Source: Mobula hypostoma (Eukaryota). From it: a stretch of DNA of 64,000 nt. The DNA lies in NCBI RefSeq assembly GCF_963921235.1, contig NC_086117.1, positions 8,432,001 to 8,496,000 of the forward strand, in the 5' to 3' direction. Below are positions 50,501 to 64,000 of the stretch, piece by piece. Each line of letters opens with the position of its first letter. The stretch's first letter is position 1. Below the pieces are notes generated by a model that was given only the letters and a program-made list of their open reading frames with translations, did no database searches and had not been told where the DNA came from. The translations under genes were made by a program, and so were the position numbers.

Positions 50501-53500
50501 CACCTCTCTCTTGTGTCAGTCAGGAGCAGGAGCTCACTTTATTAGTTTTCTGATTCCAGATAGGACTGGTGTTAAACTGTCACATAATGGAAAAAATCAG
50601 GTATGGTAATTTTATAAATGGAAGGAGTTCATTTAGATGAACTTGTTCAGGCTATCCCCTCTCCCCATTTCAGCTTGTAGCTGTTGCAGTTCAGCAGGCG
50701 TTCATACAGCAACTTGCACAAGATGAGAGACTGTGTCTCCATTACCCTTCCAGGCAATGGGTTCCACATTCCTATTATGCATTGGGTGAGAGAACTTTTT
50801 TTTTCCCCTGCTGCTCTCAAATAGTTTAACTATTAACTTATTTCTATGCTCTTAGTGTTGACATCTTTACTAAGGGCAGCAGTCCTTTCTTGCACTTTTT
50901 CTGGGCATATGTATCAATTAAAGGTTCCCTTAGCCTTCTCTCTACAGAGGTAACAGAAATAAATGTGGCAGCCTCATTACAAAACTTCAAACTGTGCTAT
51001 GTTCTTGTACTCTACAAATTGTAGTGCCTCTTTCTTCAAATGCAGTGAACAAGACTTCAAAGTAACAGTGCTTCAGCTGTGACCTTGCTACTGTTTTGTA
51101 CAGATCTAGTATTTTATCCCTGTTCTTGACTGCATTCTCCAGCAAAGGAGCTTTTTCATTTGACCCTTCCTGCTACCTCAAGCAGTCTGTGGAAACATAC
51201 TTCTGAAAAGTATTTGCCATGAAGTCACCCCATCAAATTTACAACCTCCTCTTTCATATTCTTGCAAGTTCCTAATCATGGACGCTATTCTTAAGCACAC
51301 AAAAAGGTACTGTGCCTTTTGAAAACCTTCTTGAAACAGTCACTCAGGCAGCTCATTCTCAATGATTATCCTTTTGCTTTTCTTCCCCCCCACCACTGAA
51401 TATTCAATTCAACTTGTCACCTTCCTTTCTCTTTATCAGTACTGTATGCCTTTTCTCATGCCTTTCCAAAGTCCTCGTAAGCATTCTGTTATTATTGACT
51501 ACTCTCTAGTCTCAAAAAAATGCAAATGTCAGATGCAACATTGCCCTAACAAATTATAGATTAATTGGGAATTTTTAAAATGATGGTTTAAACTATTACT
51601 GAAATTGTTTTAGCATTGTGACTAACCTGTAGTTATTTGATCAATCTCCTTACTTTAGATAATGTTACCACTTTAGGAATCTTTCAGTATACCTGTAGCT
51701 GGAGAAGTGCTGATTAAAGCCTAAGCTATGTTTTCCCTTTGTTTTTCTTGACACACTGAAACACATCTCATCTCAGTGATTTACTTACTACCTGTATTAA
51801 AAGATGCTAAACCTCAATATAGAGAACTGTCCTAACTTCCTTTTCAATTTCAGTTCTGCTGTTCCTATATTCTTCTAGGCTGATTTCTGTACTGAGCTCA
51901 TGGTCTCTAACAAGCCTTCCTTTTTGTGCTTTTAGTTGGGGGTGTGGTGCCTAGATTTGCAGTGTCCCATTCAGTCTATTAATCGGCACAGTATAGCTCT
52001 GAACTCTTTGGTATCCTCAAAAATCTCCTATGGCTTGGGGTAACACATACAAAATGATGAAGGGAATTGGCTTGAAACATGAACTTCATTTCCGCTGCTG
52101 CCTGAACTGCTGAGTTCCTCCGACATTTTGTGTGTGTCACTATGAATTTCCAGCATCTGCAGAATCTCTTGTGTTTATCCAATTTCTTGTTGCTTTACAT
52201 TCGTAAACAGGTTTCTACTCTTGCTCAGTCTTATCAGTCATGTAGAATTCAATCTGCTCAAATAAGAATTTTATTCTCTCCTTGGCATTTTCTGTAACTG
52301 CTAGATCCAACTGAACAATGCTCATTTAACCAAAATGCTCTTCCTGCCTCTACCATTGCATTTGTCAATTCATCCCCAAATAGGTCCAGAACTGGCCGAC
52401 CTTCTATTGCATCCCAATTTTCTCTTGAATTCTAAATCAACTGCACTTTTCATGTTTTTAATGTCAGGTGAAATCCACACCATTAAATATTCACTGCTTT
52501 TTCATTATTAAATTACTCTTAACATAATTTCCTCCCAATAAAAATCTAATGTACATTTTCCTGTTCCCTGCATATTTTCAGCCACACTTAGCTGGTCACA
52601 GATACCAACAGAGGGAGAACCACCAGCCCCAAGGCACGGGCACGTGATGGTCAGTGTAGGCAGCAAGTTATTCATTCATGGAGGATTAGCAGGAGACAAG
52701 TTCTTCAATGATATGTATACCATTGACACAGGTAGGTCTGCACATGGTAATTTAAAATGTGATAAATTTGTGATTTTAGATATTATTTACAATAAACACA
52801 ACAGGAATTTGTAATCAGTTTGAAGGGAAATAAAGTAGAGCCTTATTTACTGCTATATGGTGTTTGCAATGTTTTATAGTTAAATATGAAAATAAATTAA
52901 TGCTACCTTTAAAATGCACTAAATGTATTAAAGATGTTTTGATGACATCTTTTATGATATACAGCTGCAGTTAATATGAAATGGAAGAAAGTAAAAATGA
53001 AGGGTGATATCCCAGGCGGTCGTGCAGCTCATTCTGCAGTTTCCCATGGAAAATACCTTTTTATTTTCGGTGGTTTAGATGCCACAGGAGCACTGAATAC
53101 TATGTACAAGTACCATATCGGTAAGTACTTGCCCTCTGCATTACTGGATCCCGTTATTAGGATCAACACACACAAAAGACTAGAGGAACTCGGCAAGTCA
53201 GGCAGCATACATGGATGGGAGTAGACAGTTTACGTTTCAGGCTGAGACCCTTGAATCATTGAGATGTCCATTTGAAAACAATCGCATAAAAGGCAAGATG
53301 CAATAACTGCTTTATTCAGTAAAATTGTAAGGACACGTCTTCTTGGATAATATAACTTTTTGGTGGAGAATCTCTACTTGTGTGGTTTTAACAATTGTCT
53401 GTTTTCTCCACTGATCTGCATACTGTTTAAAAATGGACCTTTTGTGTTCATGGTGTTAACCAGCAAGGTGAATTGGACATCCCAATTGTGTTGCAAGATC

Positions 53501-54118
53501 AGGAGTTAGCAGTAGAGCTATTTAGAAACATACTCGTGTCACCACTTATTTTTGGTTACCAAGTATGTTCAAAAGGATGCTTAGTTAAATGACTGGGCAC
53601 TAGTCATACAGAAACAAGCCAACATTTTCCTTTTTGTAGTGGGCAACTTCCTAAGCATCACCATTGCTTGGAATCTAATTAGTATAAAGCTCATTCAGTA
53701 TAAATTTATGAATTAGGAAGTCTTCAAGACAGTTAAAAGAAAAAGTACAACTGAACTGGTGTGTTATGATTTTAAGTTGCCTGAATCCATATCAATTTCT
53801 CTTCTCTCAGAAACACAATGCTGGACCTTATTAGAGTTTGAGTCACCTCTGCCTGCAAAAAGGTTGGATCATGCCATGTGTGTTATACCCTGGAAAATGA
53901 GGAAAACTGATACACCTACTCCTAGACCAAATGATAAACAAGCTGACGAGAACAAGGAAAGTATGAGACCAAGTGATAATGACACACATCCTACCCCTGT
54001 GAATTGGTCAACCGTTCAGACAGACAGCATTGTGCATCTGTGCTTGATATTTGGTGGTATGGACACTCAAGGTGAAATTTACAATGACTGCTTTGTAACC
54101 CTTATCAAAGCCAGCTAA
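41589..54118 (+). CDS. RABEPK: Rab9 effector protein with kelch motifs (p40), 7 coding exons, 375 aa
   Basis: Exons (plus): 41589-41641 (MGLLPVLEPEEIPQEAIW), 45718-45869 (RVGH...VGGANPNGSFSD), 46515-46667 (LLPRYEHASF...FGGA), 49182-49343 (PRTCHSS...FGGGDKGAEPVQD), 52582-52731 (PRHGHVM...IHGGLAGD), 52971-53120 (AAHSAV...FGG), 53811-54118 (RLDHAMCVIPW...FGGMDTQGEIYNDC...*). Introns are GT-AG with consistent phases; total 1128 nt. Kelch R-x-x-H / GG motifs are present and the gene lies between PPP6C and HSPA5. Confidence 0.96.
43275..43380 (-). mobile_element. Solo Penelope-like terminal fragment containing a hammerhead motif (43338-43373)
   Basis: Near-identical to 32880-32985; hammerhead core intact. 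Confidence 0.75.
44960..45497. mobile_element. Penelope-derived element with inverted terminal repeats
   Basis: The left end (GCTGGAGGAACTCAG...ATCTATGGAGGGAAATGAACAGTTGA) is the imperfect reverse complement of the right end (TCAACTGCTCATTTCCCTCCATAGATGCTGCCTGAC). Confidence 0.65.
48250..48780 (-). mobile_element. Penelope-like 3' fragment, same young family as 32842-34909
   Basis: Nearly identical to 32885-33415. Hammerhead motif at 48311-48346 with a stem III substitution (GAAACATC). Confidence 0.85.
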
Positions 54119-54294
54119 CTGCACATTGGTCAGTTCAACTTACTGCATCCTGCTGCTCTACATCAGAAGTTCTCAATGTGGGCCATATCCATGTTGGATT
54201 TTGTAGGAGCCACAAGAAAAAGAAACTGGGCACTATAAGAGTTTTTGAATGGCCATGATCAGTTTACTATTTTGATGAAATATTACTAAAACCA

Positions 54295-54300
54295 AATAAA
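54295..54300 (+). terminator. Candidate RABEPK poly(A) signal
   Basis: AATAAA about 175 nt after the stop codon, just before a CR1 fragment. Confidence 0.6.
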
Positions 54301-55884
54301 TGTAATTTAATTGAAGTTGTACAAGATGTTGGTGCGGCCTAACTTGGAATATTGTGTGCAGTTTTGATCACCTACCTACAGAAAAGATGTAAATAAGAGT
54401 ATTGTACAGAGAAAATTTACAGGATGTTGCTGGGACTGGAGGACCTGAGTTATAAGATTGATTAGGTTTGAACTTATTCCTTGTAATGTAGAACAGAGAT
54501 TTGACAGCTGTATACAAAATTGAGGGATATAGATAGGGTAAATGCAAGCAGGCATTTTCCACTGAGATTGGCGAGACTACAACGTGGGGTAAGGGTGAAA
54601 GGTGAAATGTGTAAGGGGAACACAAGTGGGAGCACAACTCAGCACATGTAATGGATACAACTTCAATTTCAACATTTAAGAGCTTTGATAGGTACACAAA
54701 TAGGAGGAGTATGTTAGGCTATGGTCTGGGTGTTGACAAATAAGACTAGGCAAAATGAAATGGTTTGGCACGAACTGGATGGGTCAAAGGGTCTGTTTGT
54801 ACTGTAGTTTTTTGACTTAATTGGAACCCTGAATAAAGTGAATATGAACAAATGTAGATGGTGCGATGGTGCAAAGGTAGCAACAGTGATGTGTGTGGCT
54901 TGTCAATTGTTAGCTCTGCTACTGCTTCAGTGCACAAATCTGTTCACACCTTGCGCAGCCCACTGGGCCGCGCTCCACATCCACCCTAAAACTAACTACA
55001 GACTGGCCTTGCAGCTGATAACCCCACCCAATCAGTGGGAACTAGCCTTATGTTGCATTGTCTGTCTTCAACTATGTCATGCATGTTGAAGTTTTTTTTA
55101 AAAAAATTCACTGCTCTTCTGTACATGACTTTTGAAGATGGATAACAATCTGCCACAATTTGGTCATTAGCAGAACAGAAGGTTCTGATTTATAAAAATC
55201 AATGCTTTTCCAATTATGCTTAAGTCTAGAAATTCCCAGGCTCTCAAAAAGATGTCTAAATGCACAACTCTAACTATGTTTTTAGAAACCAGCACTTTTT
55301 GTCCAACATTCTAGAGCCAACTGTCAATGACCTAGTGTGCTATCCATGCTCACTTACCCATTGTGATCTTAATTCAAATTCTGAATTAGTACAGACCTGG
55401 AGTATCTAAAATGGCACATGAAATCAGGTATGGATACTTGGGACAGTAGCTGCACTGTTAAATTGCAATCTGCCTTACTGCAGCATCTGAATGATTAATA
55501 CAGTAGACAAAAGCATTGAACACCTTTTTTGTAGTTTAAGAAAATTACAGTAAAATTGTCATTTAGGCTTATAACTGATCACAGAAATATACCAATTATC
55601 TACGATTAGTCTATCCTACACAAATCCCTTTTTAGCCCCAAATTTATCAGCTCCTGGAGTCTACCCTTCACCTACACTTCAACACCAATTAATCTTCTAC
55701 CAGCACCTCTTTAGTACCAATGGCAGGAAACTTGAGCAAGTTACCTGAACAAGCTTCACAGCAATAGCACCCCAAGTCAGGACTGAATTTGGGTTGCTGG
55801 TGTTGGTTAAATGTAATGGTTAAATCACTTCAAAGAGGTTGAGACAAAAATCTCACAATATTCATTATCTGCACAAGAACAAGT

Positions 55885-55887
<3 letters not shown>

Positions 55888-55929
<42 letters not shown>
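55888..55929. repeat. (TA)n microsatellite
   Basis: About 21 TA units between the RABEPK and HSPA5 3' ends. Confidence 0.95.
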
Positions 55930-55934
<5 letters not shown>

Positions 55935-56546
55935 CAAGCTTGAAAACATCTACTGGTTTCATTGCAGTATCACTTATTTTGAAAATGAAAGCCATTATTA
56001 ATAACTGGAAAAAATTGGCGTTACTCTGGCCAGAGGTTAAATCTCTTGCTGTGACACTGAATTTGTTAACAGATGTATACAACATACAAGCTTTCGGTAT
56101 AGTTTAAGATTTAACTTTGGAAATTGCATTCTAGGAGGCCAATCCAAAATACAGTTTTAAGTACTCCAGGTCTGATTGAAGATTGCAGTCTATTTAGACT
56201 GCCAATTCAAGAATTCAACACTACCTAGAGACTGTTAGTTCCTCCTAGGATCAATGTTTGATTTATTATCACTTGTGTACAAACGTAGTTCTGTGGAACT
56301 ACAAGGCTGGACTTGGTTTTAACGATCTGCACTAAGTTTCTGCAGCTCAATTTACACTGACAAATCCTGTAGCAAGTGTAGTGTATAACCCAGCTCATTC
56401 ATATCACAGTTCAAGTTAGATCCTATAGTCAAACTGCAAATTTCTGTGCAGCATGAATATTGAACTTGTACCCACAAAAGTAACCAATGCTGGTGGTCTA
56501 TTCCAAATGTAAAGATGCTTGAGAAATCTTAATATCAAACATAACA

Positions 56547-56552
56547 TTTATT
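56547..56552 (-). terminator. Candidate HSPA5 poly(A) signal
   Basis: AATAAA on the minus strand, about 285 nt after the stop. A second copy is at 56262-56267. Confidence 0.6.
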
Positions 56553-56836
56553 GGTCATAAGTAGAAAATGTCTTTCTACACTTACACAGACCAAACAAGA
56601 GTTTTCAAATAAATAGAAAAAATGTGCATTCGGAGAACTGTATTTATAATCCTTGACACTTCTCCCAATCAAGTTCTCCCTCCAGATAATAGGTGCGGAA
56701 ACTGCAATGGAAGTTCTACACCATTTCAAATGTTCACACCACTCGTGAAAATTCTGCACATACATTCAAGAGTTAGTCCTTATAGATTTCCCAAACAGTA
56801 AAGTCCAAGTCCATTATTTACAAAATTAGGTCTTTA

Positions 56837-61204
<4,368 letters not shown>

Positions 61205-61977
61205 ATTGAGTAAATTTTACTACTGTAATGTAGTGTGAAGAATCTGTAAACGGGGAAAGAAAGTAAACAGTTTACCCACAATTTCCAAACGAAGCTTCTG
61301 TAAACGTAGTAAAATAAAATTGCTAGAATCTGTATAAATAGCCAAAATAGCAGATGGCTCTGGAGATCATGATAGTTGGACTAGTCTGATCCAAATAACC
61401 TGATGTACTCAACTCTGGAGACGCCAAATAACCCAGATCAACGGTTTGGAAAACTGGCCCGGTACCGGTTAACTGATGGGATACGCTATTTACACCAGAC
61501 TACCATCACTTTTGAGATAAACGATGCTCCCTACGCAACCAGAACCAGACATCGCAATCTTCCAGAGGTCCCAACCCTGAACAAAAGCTCCACGGTGCTG
61601 CAGTGGAGGCACTGCTCCGGAAGCCATTTTACAGCGAGACCACGTTCGGCGCCACACACTCGCTCCCGCTTCCCAACGCAATGGCGGCCCCACTCCTCAC
61701 AGCCCACCCCCACGGAGGATCGTGGGGAAACGGAACGGGGAGAACCGAGGCTCACCATCGGCCCTGGCTGAACCTGAAGTCCGAGCATTCCCCCCCACGA
61801 AAGCAGCATGATCGCCCCGCCAACCATTAACGAGGCTCCGCAGAAGCCGGGGATGCGGGCGAAATTACGTCGGCACAGGCCGCGGAGCAGCACCACTGTA
61901 CCAAATCCTCAGGGACTCGGTCTAGAAAAGGGAGAAATGACCATCCTGCCCACGGGAATCAGCCCGAATATACTTAC

Positions 61978-62022
61978 ATTGATGACCAGCTCCAACCAAA
62001 CCACCACACTCTTGATCTACCA
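61978..62022 (-). other. HSPA5: Non-coding first exon of HSPA5 (TSS approximate)
   Basis: Starts about 25-30 nt downstream of the TATA box and ends in the donor GTAAGT (plus-strand acttac 61972-61977). The matching acceptor CAG is at 61244-61246, upstream of the ATG at 61204. Confidence 0.75.
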
Positions 62023-62044
62023 GCACCCAGATTACCGCTCCGGC

Positions 62045-62053
62045 CTTTATATA
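62045..62053 (-). promoter_or_regulatory. HSPA5 TATA box
   Basis: TATATAAAA on the minus strand, immediately downstream of ERSE1. Confidence 0.85.
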
Positions 62054-62071
62054 GAGTACTGACTTCCTCGT

Positions 62072-62090
62072 CGTGGAGCGCTGCCATTGG
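62072..62090 (-). promoter_or_regulatory. ER stress response element ERSE1 (CCAAT-N9-CCACG)
   Basis: Minus strand reads CCAAT GGCAGCGCT CCACG, an exact match to the ATF6/XBP1 + NF-Y ERSE consensus. Confidence 0.93.
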
Positions 62091-62104
62091 TCGGCTGTCC
62101 TTGC

Positions 62105-62123
62105 GTTGGAGGCTGTTGATTGG
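62105..62123 (-). promoter_or_regulatory. ERSE2-like element (CCAAT-N9-CCAAC)
   Basis: Minus strand reads CCAAT CAACAGCCT CCAAC, 33 bp upstream of ERSE1. Confidence 0.8.
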
Positions 62124-63109
62124 CTATAGGTCCCACGCTGGCCACTCCGGAGGCTGACACGTACGGACTATCGGGAGACTCGTCAGGGAGCTCCTCCGGA
62201 GCCCGCCTACTCCCCGTCTCTCCGACTCTGATTGGCCAAACTTTAAACAAACCCGGTCCAGTGGGAAATGAATTTGTTATCCTTCTCCTGAGATCATTGG
62301 TTCAATCTGCTGTCGATCTGTGGAGACGTCAGGTCGGTTCCCCTTGCTGAATGGGGATTTCATGCGTATTTCGTCATCAGCCCGTCTCCGCACCCGCTTC
62401 TGGAATGTTCAGCTTTTGTGTGGTAAAATATTGTCAGTTTCGGTCACAAAGTCAACCTTTGGGGTATACTGAGCTTAGAAAGTTTATGAAATATCAAATG
62501 TTAGTGAAAATACTTTCCTAAAGGTGCATAAAATGGAATTAATTGTTAGTCCCTGAGGGTAATAGGCATTAATAGTGGGAAATAAATGGCAGAATAAACA
62601 AGCCCCTAAAAACATCCCCAAAATAATAACAGACGATCATTGGGATTAAGGGCGGGCGGGGGGAATTTAAATCATTTTTATTAATGTGACATAGGCGCCA
62701 ATTAAAGGGGATAGAGGCAGACAAAATAGGCTCCTTGGTGTAATCTTCAAAAATTCCCTGGATTCTGGAGAAGTCGTGGAAGACTGTTAAGCAATTGAGC
62801 ATTGAGACTATTCACAAAATGTAGGGAGATATCTGTAGGCCAGTTAGCCAAAAAATTTTGGGGGAAATATCTGATGTGTACTGTCTAGGAGGTAACTTCA
62901 GGAAGTCGCCAGACAATGAAGCAGAACTATGAAACAACAAGCAATCTACTGGATGAACTCTGGGTCAAGCATAATCTGGGGAAAAAAAGAAATTATCAGT
63001 GTTTCGAGTTGAAACCCTGCACTGCCTCAGAACTGACATCTGCAGTCTCTTGTGTCTCCAAGCAATTTCAAGCTGGACTATTTATGTTTTTACTTACTAT
63101 TCAGTTGTA

Positions 63110-63632
63110 TACTCACTGGCCTCTTTATTAGCTACAGGGGTAGAACCCGGTGTGGTCCTCTGCTGTTGTAGCTCATCCACTTCAAGGTTTGCTGTGTTAT
63201 GTATTCAGAGATGATCTTCTACACACCGCTGTTGTAATGTGTACTTATTTGAATTATTCTTGTCAGCTTGAACCGGTCTGACTATTCTCTGACTTCTCTC
63301 ATTAACAAGGCATTTTTGCCCACAGTACTGCCACTCACTGAATGTTTTGTTTTGTTTTTTTGCACCATTCTCTGTAAACTGTGGAGACTGTGGTGTGTGA
63401 AAATTCCAGGAGATACTCAAACCATCCCATCTGGTGCCAACAACCATTCCACAGTCAAAGTAATGTAGATCACATTTCTTCCCCATTCTGATGTTTGGTC
63501 TGAATAACAACTGAACCTCTAGAACATGTCTGCATGCTTTTATACATTGAGTTGGCTCAATTTGTACTTGATTGGCTGATTAGATATTTTGCATTAAAGG
63601 TGAGTTGTACCTAATAAACGGGCCATTAAGTG
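63110..63632 (-). mobile_element. Tc1/mariner non-autonomous element with both TIRs
   Basis: Imperfect ~27-bp TIRs (TACTCACTGGCCTCTTTATTAGCTACA / TGTACCTAATAAACGGGCCATTAAGTG), each flanked by TA. Transposase N-terminal remnant MGKKCDLHYFDCGMVVG. Confidence 0.8.
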
Positions 63633-64000
63633 TATATAATCTGCTTTGACTTGGATGAAAAGATCTACTGCACCAGTGAAATGGACAGATGATCTAAACC
63701 AAGTTGGCAGGTTTTGAGGACTTGATGAGCCTACTAGAGTATATATGGAAGCAAATGGTAGATAATTTTAGTAACCTCTGTAAACTTGTCACTAAAATTT
63801 TGCTGCCTGACTGTACCCTGTACTTTTTTATTCACTTATTACCAATTTTCTGTTGACCTGTTTTGACTCACAATGTTTAATTTGTAAAAAACAGTTGTTT
63901 TACACATCCTCGAGCTCAATTACTTAATTACCTTAAATATGAGCATAAGGAATGGCGGGAGTAGGCCAATTGTCCATCTGAGCTTTTCTGCCAGAATGCA

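Noticed and set aside
61403-62350. Overlapping 67-122-aa ORFs upstream of the HSPA5 ATG
   Set aside because: They lie in the CpG-rich first intron and promoter, with no recognisable protein features.

Overview
Eukaryotic (vertebrate) genomic DNA, most likely from a cartilaginous fish (shark/ray). This is inferred from the repeat families and from how far the proteins diverge from human. Three spliced protein-coding genes were reconstructed exon by exon, all with GT-AG introns and consistent phases: PPP6C (minus, 7 coding exons, 305 aa), RABEPK (plus, 1 non-coding + 7 coding exons, 375 aa) and HSPA5/BiP (minus, 1 non-coding + 9 coding exons, 649 aa, ending KDEL). Order and orientation match the human 9q33 block. 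PPP6C and RABEPK share a very compact divergent promoter. The HSPA5 promoter keeps a TATA box and a mammal-like ERSE array. The rest is rich in transposable elements: CR1 LINEs (one nearly full length), Rex1/Babar-like LINEs, a HERO-like RLE LINE fragment, V- and CORE-type SINEs, Tc1 and nested hAT elements, and Penelope-like elements carrying minimal hammerhead ribozyme motifs. Main leads: (i) a chain of phase-compatible plus-strand exons at 2.85-7.95 kb encoding an unrecognised protein C-terminus, where SCAI would be expected; (ii) a young Penelope-like insertion with a 13-bp TSD whose intact hammerhead core lies in the sense strand of the PPP6C pre-mRNA; (iii) two HSPA5 introns absent from human. 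There is an N-gapped G/A-rich tract at 17.5-18.9 kb. All comparisons to human come from memory, not from a database search.
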